A DNA stretch of 32,980 bases from a virus. Its lineage: Duplodnaviria; Caudoviricetes. Below the pieces are notes generated by a model. It was not told the origin of the DNA and did not search any database. It worked only from the letters and a program-made list of their open reading frames with translations. The position numbers and the translations under genes were made by a program. Positions 11,226 to 20,047 of the stretch are shown piece after piece; position 1 is the stretch's first letter, and each line of letters starts with the position of its first letter. The DNA lies in the IMG/VR virus record IMGVR_UViG_3300005298_000008, positions 1 through 32,980 of that record. One strand, 5' to 3'.

Positions 11226-12686
11226 TTATTCAGGTTCTCCAAAACCTCCCGAGTCTTCGCCTTCATCTTTATCCGCTTCAGAAGATTCTCCAAAATCAGC
11301 TTCAGAAGATTCTCCGAAATCAGCTTCAGAAGATCCTCCAAAATCAAAGTCGCTTAGATCTACAGATAAGCTTCCAACTCCGGGCACATCAAAGGAAGCT
11401 ACATCAAAAGAAGGTAATCCTGCAGAGAGGTTTTCTGCCTGTTCCTTTAGCCCTTCAAAGAAACTTTCTATTGCCTGATCAATATCTTTAGCTTCTTCTA
11501 CATCCAAGTAGCTAATATTTCTCCTTCTAGCTTCATCCAAGCGAGCATAAGCTTCTAATACACGCTCAGCCCAATCATTCCAAGTTATCTCATTATTTCT
11601 TAATTTATTCGTTAAGTCCTGTATATCCAATCTTGCATATATTCTATTAGAGAAGTCTAAGAGATCCTGTAAAACTTCTGATCTTAACTTTTCATTAAAG
11701 AAGTCTTCTATTTTATATTTTGTATGATAATCAAAAACTATTGCGGGAGCTATGGTTTGAGGGGTCACGCCTAAGTAGGTTGCAATATCAAAAACTTCAG
11801 CAAACTCATGAAAAGTTGGATAGGTATTTAAAAAGCCATATTCTCTAACCTTATTTGCAAAGTCTTTATATGTATTAAAAGCTGAAGCAGTTTGTGGGTT
11901 TAAGGCCATAGCTAAACCTCTCACGCTATTTAAAGCATTAGCTCTCATCGTATTTAATTGGGCTGTAGTTGGTACATACCCTAAAAGTTCCTGGTAATAA
12001 GATGAGAGGTTTTTAGGAGGAGTTATTCCTTTTAATGCCGATCCGTAACCAAACATTCCACCTAAAAAACCTTCAAAAGCCTTTTTGCTTCCGAAAAGAC
12101 TTTGCGCTCGGGTAGATGTATCAAAAAGTTCCATTAGACCCTGCCTTATTGCAGGATTATTTACTGGGTTTAAAGAGGAACTTTCTGTAAAAGATAAAGC
12201 ACCTAAAACTGCCAACGCTGGTCCAAAAGGCATACCCAATAATACTCCTAGTTTTGCGAAATCTTTTAACCCAGATAAGGCGGCTATAGTCGTTTGAAAA
12301 CTTTTAGCTAAATCTCCTAAAAAATTTCCGGTCGTTTGAGCATAGGAGGGAGTAAACCCTCCCCAAAAGTTTGGGGATGTTGGAGAAGTAAAAGCTAAAG
12401 AAGAAAAATCCCCAGGTAATGTGGGAGATGTTCCCCCTTCTCCCGCTAAAAAAGAAGATAAAATATCTTCAGTTTTCTCATTTAACTCCTGCCGGTAAAG
12501 GTTTCTATAAATTTTTTGCCAACTATCAAGATCCGAAGTTTCTGAAGAAGAAGTTTGCGTCAAGCTTAAACTGGGAGGCTGAAAAGAAGGCAACTCAGGA
12601 GGAGGTAAAGAAGGCACCGGAAAAGGTATTGCACCACTAGCTGCATTAACTAATGGATTAGGAGGAGTCTTCCTGGAAACATCCAA
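11226..12686 (-). CDS. Putative internal virion protein with hydrophobic segment and acidic repetitive tail (486 aa)
   Basis: TTG start with AGGAGG RBS; 'LGVLLGMPFGPALAVLGAL' hydrophobic stretch; D/E/G/S-rich C-terminus. Confidence 0.5.
   Translation of the reverse strand: MDVSRKTPPNPLVNAASGAIPFPVPSLPPPELPSFQPPSLSLTQTSSSETSDLDSWQKIYRNLYRQELNEKTEDILSSFLAGEGGTSPTLPGDFSSLAFTSPTSPNFWGGFTPSYAQTTGNFLGDLAKSFQTTIAALSGLKDFAKLGVLLGMPFGPALAVLGALSFTESSSLNPVNNPAIRQGLMELFDTSTRAQSLFGSKKAFEGFLGGMFGYGSALKGITPPKNLSSYYQELLGYVPTTAQLNTMRANALNSVRGLAMALNPQTASAFNTYKDFANKVREYGFLNTYPTFHEFAEVFDIATYLGVTPQTIAPAIVFDYHTKYKIEDFFNEKLRSEVLQDLLDFSNRIYARLDIQDLTNKLRNNEITWNDWAERVLEAYARLDEARRRNISYLDVEEAKDIDQAIESFFEGLKEQAENLSAGLPSFDVASFDVPGVGSLSVDLSDFDFGGSSEADFGESSEADFGESSEADKDEGEDSGGFGEPE
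11275..11346. repeat. 3 x 24-bp coding tandem repeat (DFGESSEA)
   Basis: gcttcagaagat(t/c)ctcc(a/g)aaatca at 11275, 11299, 11323. Confidence 0.9.
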
Positions 12687-12960
12687 AATCTTCTACCTCC
12701 TTTTGTATCTGCCTTATTTCCTCAATACTTTTAGCTTCCCTTAACCTCTCTTTTAGTTCTTGCATCTTTTGTCTAATATTTTCTCTAAAACGCAACTCTT
12801 TTTGATATTTGTTTGTCAAAGAATTGTCTCCACGTAGTTGCGCTTCGTGAATTTTAACGATTATCCAATCCGTTGGAGAGAGAAGTTCTGAAAGTTTTTG
12901 GTCTATTTTTTGAAAAACTATATCTTTAAACTTTTCTGGGTTTATTTTGATGAGACTCAT
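12658..12960 (-). CDS. Tail fibre assembly chaperone-like protein
   Basis: 'LLSPTDWIIVK...RENIR' resembles the LxxTDW motif of fibre chaperones; downstream of a fibre gene. Confidence 0.55.
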   Translation of the reverse strand: MSLIKINPEKFKDIVFQKIDQKLSELLSPTDWIIVKIHEAQLRGDNSLTNKYQKELRFRENIRQKMQELKERLREAKSIEEIRQIQKEVEDFGCFQEDSS

Positions 12961-13187
12961 TCTGCCTCACCAAACCCATCTGGGGGAATAGTTTCGTCAA
13001 TTTCCCATGCTTCGGGAGATGCCTCGAAGGGAGCTTCGCTTTTGGGAATAACCCAAAAAGGAACTCCCTTAGGTACCGTTCTAAAGAAGATTTCCATTAA
13101 AGGAAGTTCTTCCGTGGCTGGATATACTACAAGAACTTGATTTGTTTGTGGGTCTTTATAGACTGCAATAAAATCCGAGTTTTTCAT
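12957..13187 (-). CDS. Small tail-fibre-associated protein
   Basis: 'VPKGVPFWVIPKSEAP...EAWE' pattern typical of small proteins directly after fibre genes; GGAGG RBS. Confidence 0.55.
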   Translation of the reverse strand: MKNSDFIAVYKDPQTNQVLVVYPATEELPLMEIFFRTVPKGVPFWVIPKSEAPFEASPEAWEIDETIPPDGFGEAE

Positions 13188-13198
13188 CTTACCTCCAA

Positions 13199-14248
13199 TT
13201 ATAATTGGTCCGATGGAGAAGAAGAATAGTTGAAAATTAAAACATTACATACTTTTGTAGGAGAAATTAGCGTACCAGCGCCGTGAGTTACTAAAATGTA
13301 AGCTGAAGTTGCTGTAACACTATAAGGAATAACTTGTCCGTCGTTATTCGCTCCACCCTCATTCGTTGTAGAATAGTTTCCCACTAAAATGGGGTCGTAA
13401 AAATTTAAATCTGAAGTATAGTTTATTCTGTACTTTCCTGCAGCAATATAAGTTATAGAGTTTACATTTTTTTGCCATAAAATGGTTATAGAACCTCCAC
13501 TTTCACGAAAAGCCACGGCTACCTTATATCTATAATAGGTTAACTTAAAAACGTCGAGATTTGTTCGGTCTAATGCACTATCTAATGCAGTTACACTTTG
13601 TTGTAAAGTTGCAACTGAAGTTTGTAAAGATGTAGCTAAAGTATAAGCGCTATTGGCTGTGATTAAAGCGTTATCTGCAGTGGTCTGAGCGGTATTCGCT
13701 GTGGCTTGAGCTGTGTTGGCTGCAGTTAGCGCAGTATTCGCTGTATTTAAAGCGCTATTTGCTGTAACACTTACATTGTTTACTCGATTATTTAGATCAG
13801 TAATGTTTGTAGCGTGAGTGTTTAAAGTTGCATTAATTGTAGGAAGGTTAACTGTTTCAATTGTCCCAACTCGATTGTCTAAACTATCTACAGAAATTGT
13901 CAAGGTATTAATGGAGCTGTTTATAAGCGATATATTTTCGTTCATTGTATTTGCAAAGGTATTGAAGTTATCTTGTAATGTATACCGACTATCGGGGTCA
14001 ATATAAGCTACAGGGACAAACCCATCACCCTGAGGACCTAAACCTCCGCCTAGATAGATGTTTATTTTTTCTCCATCGTTCCATAACTCACCTTCTAGTG
14101 GCTTGGTAGGTTTAGGTCGATTAAGTCCTACACACCTTAAATAGTTTAACTTATCATAAATTGAAAAGATTTCATCGTTTAACTTCTGACTTTCAAGGGG
14201 GTTATTTGTTAAATTGACTATATTAATTCTTTGCCAAAGGTTGGCCAA
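13199..14248 (-). CDS. Tail fibre 2 (N-terminal anchor, heptad coiled-coil shaft, beta-rich tip)
   Basis: TTG start; 'TANSALNTANTALTAANTAQATANTAQTTADNA' heptads; C-terminal 'NVNSITYIAAGKYRINY' tip motif. Confidence 0.75.
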   Translation of the reverse strand: MANLWQRINIVNLTNNPLESQKLNDEIFSIYDKLNYLRCVGLNRPKPTKPLEGELWNDGEKINIYLGGGLGPQGDGFVPVAYIDPDSRYTLQDNFNTFANTMNENISLINSSINTLTISVDSLDNRVGTIETVNLPTINATLNTHATNITDLNNRVNNVSVTANSALNTANTALTAANTAQATANTAQTTADNALITANSAYTLATSLQTSVATLQQSVTALDSALDRTNLDVFKLTYYRYKVAVAFRESGGSITILWQKNVNSITYIAAGKYRINYTSDLNFYDPILVGNYSTTNEGGANNDGQVIPYSVTATSAYILVTHGAGTLISPTKVCNVLIFNYSSSPSDQL

Positions 14249-14513
14249 GTTTTTTGCCCCCTTCTTCCCTTAAAAGAGCATTCCTAGAATGAAAGTAAAA
14301 ACCTACAATAACCCCGATAATCCCAGAAAAAGTTGTATAATAGTATGAAAAATTCTCGTCAAAACTCCTTCCCTTAAGAAACGCCGTCCCAAAATGAATT
14401 GACAAAATTAACCAACTTGGAAACGCTGTAAATAAGATAAACCTTCTTATTCCCTGCTTTCTTTCAATAACATAAGAAAGAGTTTCAATTATCTTTTTTA
14501 TTAAGCTTCGCAT
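14223..14513 (-). CDS. Two-TM membrane protein, holin-like
   Basis: Two hydrophobic segments, 'IIGVIVGFYFHSR' ending and basic termini; 96 aa. Confidence 0.5.
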   Translation of the reverse strand: MRSLIKKIIETLSYVIERKQGIRRFILFTAFPSWLILSIHFGTAFLKGRSFDENFSYYYTTFSGIIGVIVGFYFHSRNALLREEGGKKLGQPLAKN

Positions 14514-15180
14514 GAAACTCCTTTATTAGATGTTGAAAGTTTCCTTCAAAACCGACTACTCCATAATGAGTTATAGGTATTGTTAGGTCTGCATAAATTT
14601 TAAATCCGAGGTTCCGCATATCTTTACAAAAAGCGTAATCTTCCCCATAAAAGGTTCCATTTTCCACAATTACCCTAAACACGTTATAAACTTTTCCTTT
14701 GAAGTTCGTAGCTGCTTCTTCTGGATAGTAAATTTTGTCATGATATTCCTTTTCTATAGCGTTAGCTACCCTTCTTGATATTAACATACAAGCTGTAGGA
14801 ATACCACTAACTACAGCTAAATTATCTTCCACATCATAAACTTCTCCTAAAGAGTAGGGAGTTACTCCATCAGGTCTTATCAGTTTTAAAGGAACTGGAA
14901 GTCCAATGATATCTTTATTTCTATTAACCAGCTTTGTTAGGGTATAATCGGGAACTTGAATATCACTGTCTAAGAAGAGTAAATAATCAAACTGCTTGTC
15001 CTCAATAAACTTTGTAAGGATAGTGTTTCTTGCTGCTTGAATAATGGAGTTTCCTAAAACTGTAAAAATAGCAATATTGTAGTCGGGAGGAGTGTTCGTA
15101 AGCATTCCCAATATACTGTTTAGATAACCAATATGTACTCTATGATCATGAATGGGAGTTCCAATTAAAATGTTAGGCAT
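14485..15180 (-). CDS. GT-A fold (family 2-like) glycosyltransferase
   Basis: 'ILIGTP', 'IQAARN', DxD motif 'DYLLFLDSDI', 'GEDYAFC', 'KIYADLTIPITHYG'. Confidence 0.85.
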   Translation of the reverse strand: MPNILIGTPIHDHRVHIGYLNSILGMLTNTPPDYNIAIFTVLGNSIIQAARNTILTKFIEDKQFDYLLFLDSDIQVPDYTLTKLVNRNKDIIGLPVPLKLIRPDGVTPYSLGEVYDVEDNLAVVSGIPTACMLISRRVANAIEKEYHDKIYYPEEAATNFKGKVYNVFRVIVENGTFYGEDYAFCKDMRNLGFKIYADLTIPITHYGVVGFEGNFQHLIKEFHAKLNKKDN

Positions 15181-15184
15181 AGTT

Positions 15185-15361
15185 TTATGTAGGATTAGAT
15201 AATCTATCTCCCAGTATTTGATAGAAAGCGTTTAAAATTTCCGTTTTTTCTTCGTCGGTTAATGCGGGGTATTGTTCCAAAATGCTTTCGGCACTTGTTT
15301 TTTCTTCCCTAACCCTCCGCAATAACACCTTTACAAAAAGGTTTCTTTTCCAAGGTTGCAT
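15185..15361 (-). CDS. Small tail-module protein, 58 aa (MQPWKRNLFVKVLLRRVREEKTSAESILEQYPALTDEEKTEILNAF...), XkdX/CD1375-like
   Basis: Translated by hand, below the ORF-track cutoff; fills the gap exactly; AGGAGG upstream. Confidence 0.7.
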   Translation of the reverse strand: MQPWKRNLFVKVLLRRVREEKTSAESILEQYPALTDEEKTEILNAFYQILGDRLSNPT

Positions 15362-15363
15362 CT

Positions 15364-15786
15364 TTAAACATTACCTCCTAAAATTTCGGCTAAAGCCATT
15401 TCAATATCAGAAGCTTCCGTCGCCGGATTAAAAGAAGCAGTACTTCTAGGGTCATGATAAGCTATAATTTCTAAAGCCCTGTTTACCTGGTCTTCTCTAA
15501 CCTTAATCCAGAAAAACCCTTGAGGATTAGAAGTTACTATGCAAGGTATACCAGAAGACATTAACTCCTCTTGAATTTTCGCATGGTTTAGATCAAAGGT
15601 TTTAATTAAGGCAACCCCAGGTTCAGGTCTTAATTCAGGAAGCTCATCATAAACTTTGCCCTCTTCGTAAGTTATAACAGCCATCTTCTTTTGTTTGTCA
15701 GTTTGAATTCTTAAAAGATCCAAATGAGAAATGTTATTGGTTGTACTAACTAATTCAACTAAATCTGTAATTGCCAAAATTTTCAC
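15364..15786 (-). CDS. Tail-module protein, possible fibre chaperone (XkdW-like C-terminus)
   Basis: C-terminal 'SDIEMALAEILGG' followed by a small XkdX-like gene. Confidence 0.45.
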   Translation of the reverse strand: MKILAITDLVELVSTTNNISHLDLLRIQTDKQKKMAVITYEEGKVYDELPELRPEPGVALIKTFDLNHAKIQEELMSSGIPCIVTSNPQGFFWIKVREDQVNRALEIIAYHDPRSTASFNPATEASDIEMALAEILGGNV

Positions 15787-15789
15787 CTC

Positions 15790-16296
15790 CTAGAGTTTGT
15801 TAAAATATGGAGATGTTAATCCTAGTATGGGGGATTGATGATTTATGGTTATATTAGCGGTGGTCAAAATTCCCGCAGTCCATTTAGCGCTTCCACTCAA
15901 ATTTCCAAAGGTTGTAGTTGTATCATTGGAAGGGTTAATTTTTAAAACTGAAGTGGCGCTGCCAGGTATTCCATAAATAAATCCATTGCCAGTTCTAATT
16001 AAATCATCTAACGCCGAACCAAATCGCCAAAAGTAGTTAAGTAATGTATTATTTTGTTTTAAATACAATCGATGCCTGAGAATACTATTTTTTCTTATAA
16101 CTCTCGCCGCATTTAAATCATCACCTAAACGGTTTAGTAAAACAGTTTTGTTTATAACTCTTCCTAAAAATGCTTGTCCGTAGTTTTTTATGTATAAATT
16201 TGAACTCTGTTCAAACCCCGGAACTTTTGATAAATCTTTTAGGGAATTGCGGACTAAAGCATTTAAAAGTCTTTCTCGCGGTATATGAAGAGACAT
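15790..16296 (-). CDS. Putative receptor-binding protein carrying a single beta-propeller-type repeat
   Basis: 'NGFIYGIPGSATSVLKINPSNDTTTTFGNLSGSAKWTAGIL' repeat unit and 'SPYFNKL' terminus. Confidence 0.55.
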   Translation of the reverse strand: MSLHIPRERLLNALVRNSLKDLSKVPGFEQSSNLYIKNYGQAFLGRVINKTVLLNRLGDDLNAARVIRKNSILRHRLYLKQNNTLLNYFWRFGSALDDLIRTGNGFIYGIPGSATSVLKINPSNDTTTTFGNLSGSAKWTAGILTTANITINHQSPILGLTSPYFNKL

Positions 16297-16312
16297 CAGT
16301 TAATCCTCTCCA

Positions 16313-16582
16313 TTAAACTTCTATTCCGTAAACAAAAACGTTTACCTGACCATTGGTTTGAACTTTTATAAGTTGTCCATCTTTTATGGCAAGTTTAAAA
16401 CTTAACATATCGGCAATACTAGAAGCAGTATAGTAAGTATAATCAGAACCGTTATTTATTTTAACGGTTACATTAGGAGTTCCTGAAGTGGGGAAAATAT
16501 CTAGAGTAAGAAAAACCGTTTTTCCCGAAGGAGCCGTATAAACAGTTGCTTCTGTATTGCTTAAAGAAACAATATTAAGCAA
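16313..16582 (-). CDS. Small all-beta tail-fibre adaptor protein
   Basis: 'TVYTAPSGKT...VNVFVYGIE' pattern typical of small proteins following fibres; TTG start with GGAGG RBS. Confidence 0.6.
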   Translation of the reverse strand: MLNIVSLSNTEATVYTAPSGKTVFLTLDIFPTSGTPNVTVKINNGSDYTYYTASSIADMLSFKLAIKDGQLIKVQTNGQVNVFVYGIEV

Positions 16583-16597
16583 ACTTTACCCCCTCCT

Positions 16598-18466
16598 TTA
16601 TACAATAAATGAAGCAATAACTGCTGCTTTTACAAAATCAAATGGGACTGGAGCATTTTTCCATTTTTCACCATCGTATTGTAAAACCTCACCTGAAATG
16701 GGAGATGTAATGGAAACACTTTCAAGATTGTTTAAATCTAATACCGAATTAATCCATTTTTCGCCGTTATGATACAAAACTTCGCCAGACACAGGAGATG
16801 TAATGGAAACATTTTCAATCATGTTTAACTTGAGAGTTTCGTTAATCCATTTTTCCCCATCGTATTGTAAAACTTCTCCGGAAGTAGGAGATGTAATGGA
16901 AACACTTTCAAGGTTGTTTAAGTCTAAACTTGAGTTAACCCATTTTTCACCATCGTACTTTAATACATTTTCTACTGTAGGAGATGTAATCGATACATCT
17001 TGCAAATCATTGATCGAAGAACCGCCTTTATCTATTTTATTCCAAGAGATAACTGATATGTAAGTATCATCTAAGAAGTTCTGTTTTAGAGAGAATTTAT
17101 CGTTTTGGAACTCAAACATCTCAGCAAAAGGTTTAAAGTTTAGTTTCCCGTCACTTGTAGAAAACGCAATCTTGTCTGGAGTTGTTTCTCCTAAGTCTAA
17201 ATGGTTTAAATTTAGACTGTTTTGTTTTATGGTTAAAGTTGTATCGGGAGAAACCTCAAAGATGTTTGTATCAACTTTTTCTACAAGGTATCCCACCGTA
17301 TCGTTTTCGTTTAACTTCGTTTTAAATAAAAGTCCATCTTTTATTTTAAGCTTTAACTCCGAGGTAACATCAAAAAAGTTTAAATCAACTTTTTCTACAA
17401 GGTATCCAGGAGTTGTATCAGTTTCATTAATTTTTACCTGATAAGTGTCACCGGATATACTTCCTAATCGGTAAACAACCAGATTAAGAGCTTCCCTTAC
17501 ATTACTAATCTCATCCCAATTAAGTATATCAGGATCTTCTACCGTGTAAGTAACATATTGAGAGCTTATCGACCCTACTCCCCCGGTAGTTATCTGAACA
17601 TCTACATAAGCTTTAGTGGCTACATCTTGCGGAGAAGAAGGAACGTAATTTGAATTCATACTTCTTGAACCATCTAGTGTAAGAAAAATTGGATTATTCT
17701 CATCAATAACTTGACTTTCTTTTGTCTGATGAGGATTAGAAGTATTTGAAGTATGAGAATTGACTAAATTATCCACGTAATCTTTAGTGGTTACATGTTT
17801 ATTAGAGGTTGGAGTATAGTTTGAGTCCATACTTCTTGACCCGTCAACTTTAAGAAAAACTGGATTATTTTCGTCGACAACTTGACTTTCTTTTGTCTGA
17901 TGAGGGTTAGAAGTGTTTGAAGTATGAGAACTGACTAAATTATCCACATAATCTTTGGTAGTTACATGTTTATTCGAAGTTGGAGTATAATTTGAGTCCA
18001 TACTTCTTGACCCGTCAACTTTAAGAAAAACTGGATTATTTTCATCAATAACCTGACTTTCTTTAGTTTGATGAGGGTTAGAAGTATTTGAGGTATGAGA
18101 ATTAACTAAGTTATCCACATAATCTTTAGTGGTTACATGTTTATTAGAGGTTGGAGTATAATTTGAATCCATACTTCTTGAACCATCTAAGGTAAGAAAA
18201 ACGGGAAATGCGTCATTTCTAATATTACTTTCGTTGTTAGCGTATGCTAAGGATAAAACTCCTCCTGAAGTTTTTACTTTTACCGCATTGTTTACTAAGT
18301 CAAACCAAAATTGACCTATCTCAAAATCTGTAGGAGCTGAAGAACTTGCAAAGTTTGTTTTTAGAAGGTTTAGTTTTTCATAGATGCTATCTATCTCTGC
18401 GTTGTATTTTGCTGATGATATAGGTCTTTCTTGAAAGGCTATATGGTAAAGTTTTATCCAACTCAA
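16598..18466 (-). CDS. Tail fibre 1 (622 aa, modular repeats)
   Basis: 'TKDYVD', 'NPHQ' and 'GEVLQYDGEKWIN' fibre repeats; directly after the nozzle gene. Confidence 0.85.
   Translation of the reverse strand: MSWIKLYHIAFQERPISSAKYNAEIDSIYEKLNLLKTNFASSSAPTDFEIGQFWFDLVNNAVKVKTSGGVLSLAYANNESNIRNDAFPVFLTLDGSRSMDSNYTPTSNKHVTTKDYVDNLVNSHTSNTSNPHQTKESQVIDENNPVFLKVDGSRSMDSNYTPTSNKHVTTKDYVDNLVSSHTSNTSNPHQTKESQVVDENNPVFLKVDGSRSMDSNYTPTSNKHVTTKDYVDNLVNSHTSNTSNPHQTKESQVIDENNPIFLTLDGSRSMNSNYVPSSPQDVATKAYVDVQITTGGVGSISSQYVTYTVEDPDILNWDEISNVREALNLVVYRLGSISGDTYQVKINETDTTPGYLVEKVDLNFFDVTSELKLKIKDGLLFKTKLNENDTVGYLVEKVDTNIFEVSPDTTLTIKQNSLNLNHLDLGETTPDKIAFSTSDGKLNFKPFAEMFEFQNDKFSLKQNFLDDTYISVISWNKIDKGGSSINDLQDVSITSPTVENVLKYDGEKWVNSSLDLNNLESVSITSPTSGEVLQYDGEKWINETLKLNMIENVSITSPVSGEVLYHNGEKWINSVLDLNNLESVSITSPISGEVLQYDGEKWKNAPVPFDFVKAAVIASFIV
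16650..17015. repeat. 4 x 93-bp (31-aa) coding repeat
   Basis: ggagatgtaat recurs at 16701, 16794, 16887, 16980. Confidence 0.9.
17605..18205. repeat. About 3.5 x 171-bp (57-aa) coding repeat
   Basis: catacttcttga recurs at 17657, 17828, 17999, 18170. Confidence 0.92.
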
Positions 18467-18482
18467 AGGTTACCCTCCCTTC

Positions 18483-20036
18483 TTAAACTGGTCGTAAAAT
18501 TGCTCCTCCCAACTCTAAGCCATATAAGGCAAAGGGAGTGGAGGGAGATTGTAGAATAAACTGAATAGATCTACATCTTGCCGAAACAGGAAGCTTAACT
18601 GTTAACGGAATTGGTATTACTGTATCCCATCCCACTTCTTCATCATCCCATCCAACCAAAGGGTTATCCCAACCTGCACCGCCTGCAAAGTTTAAAATTG
18701 TTTCTCCTGCGGTATCCCAACCAAACTCTTCCTCATCCCACCCGAAAAGGAAGTTATCCCAACCTAAACCGGTCTCCGAAACATAGTTTGTTAAAAGAAT
18801 ATTTCTTTGCCCTCTTAGCTGTGTATAATCTAATACAAAGGAGAAGTTAAAATTTCCGCCGCCATAAGGGAATAGATGTAAGTAAACATTCTTAATATAC
18901 TTCCAAATTCCTGGATCTCCAAAGTCGTAAAAAGCGGTCTTGACTTCACTTGAAATGGGAACTTCCCCATCTTTAGATGTATGCCAATCTAATCGATAAA
19001 TCCAACCATCATCGCCAGCTAAATAGCAATAATCACCAATCACATTTAAAACTAAAATCTTAAAAGGAAACTTCCAACGAAACCACGCACCTACATTTAT
19101 ATTTAAAACATAAGCATCATTTTCGTAAGTTAAAATATAAAAAGCTTCCGGGGTCCAAAAAACCGCATGCGTTTTTTCTGGGTAGTCAAATTGAAGCTTG
19201 TTTAAAATTTTAGTGGAAATCGGCACTACAATTGATTGAGAGCCGTCAAAGGAGAAAACGCCATTCTCACTTAAAAACAACGTTCCAATCTGGGTAAAGT
19301 TTACCGTGTTATGAGAAATACAGGTTATGCCTCCCAAAACCTCTCTAATTGTAAAGTTATCCTGAGTAGAACCATCAAGTCGATAAATTTTCTTTTCGTT
19401 TCCACCCTTAAAAATTAAAAGTGTATCAAAAAACAAAGCAATTGCGCTAATATAAGAGCCTACCGTGGGGTTTATATCAAAAAAGCCTCCAAGTTTAAGT
19501 CCCGTGAACCCCCAATCTCTTAAATCATTAACTCCGGAATACCATAAGGTAGAAGGGTTAAGCGGATCTCCTGCAAGCCATAACCTATTACCTCTTACCA
19601 AACCAAAGGAGGCTTGCGGTGCTTCTTCTACAACGTAAAAATTTTCTCCATCATAAACTTTTAAAGGTCCCCCATCTAATATACAGAGCTTTCCAGTAAA
19701 CTCAATAAATTTTACACTTTTAGAGGTATCACACTCTCCAACTTCTACCCCATTTACAAAAACTTTGCCGTTTGTCGCCCATACCAGAGATTGTCCGAAA
19801 CTCCCTAATCCTGCCGCAGAAGAACCAATTTCGTGTACTCTTTCGCATCCCGGTCTGGTCTGCAAAATCCCTTCCTTCGTTAAAACCATGTTTTCACAAT
19901 CGGCCAAGTCTTTAGTCTGATCAACTTCGTTAGGGGGTACTGAGGTATGAATGCCGCCAGAAAAAGTCCTCTGAGCAAAAAGCGTAAACCTTTCTCCCCA
20001 ATAATTCGTTTTTACTGGAGAGATCCTTACCGCCAT
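18483..20036 (-). CDS. Tail nozzle / DNA-stabilisation protein (P22 gp10 / T7 gp12-like beta-propeller)
   Basis: 'FSGG', 'LQTRPG', 'NRLWLAG...STLWYSGVNDLRDW', 'KTAFYDFGDP..WKYIK'; follows the adaptor gene. Confidence 0.8.
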   Translation of the reverse strand: MAVRISPVKTNYWGERFTLFAQRTFSGGIHTSVPPNEVDQTKDLADCENMVLTKEGILQTRPGCERVHEIGSSAAGLGSFGQSLVWATNGKVFVNGVEVGECDTSKSVKFIEFTGKLCILDGGPLKVYDGENFYVVEEAPQASFGLVRGNRLWLAGDPLNPSTLWYSGVNDLRDWGFTGLKLGGFFDINPTVGSYISAIALFFDTLLIFKGGNEKKIYRLDGSTQDNFTIREVLGGITCISHNTVNFTQIGTLFLSENGVFSFDGSQSIVVPISTKILNKLQFDYPEKTHAVFWTPEAFYILTYENDAYVLNINVGAWFRWKFPFKILVLNVIGDYCYLAGDDGWIYRLDWHTSKDGEVPISSEVKTAFYDFGDPGIWKYIKNVYLHLFPYGGGNFNFSFVLDYTQLRGQRNILLTNYVSETGLGWDNFLFGWDEEEFGWDTAGETILNFAGGAGWDNPLVGWDDEEVGWDTVIPIPLTVKLPVSARCRSIQFILQSPSTPFALYGLELGGAILRPV

Positions 20037-20047
20037 AATACCATCCC

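Noticed and set aside
13199-18466. Diversity-generating retroelement or invertible fibre cassette
   Set aside because: No reverse transcriptase or invertase; repeats are in-frame tandem units with synonymous, not adenine-specific, differences
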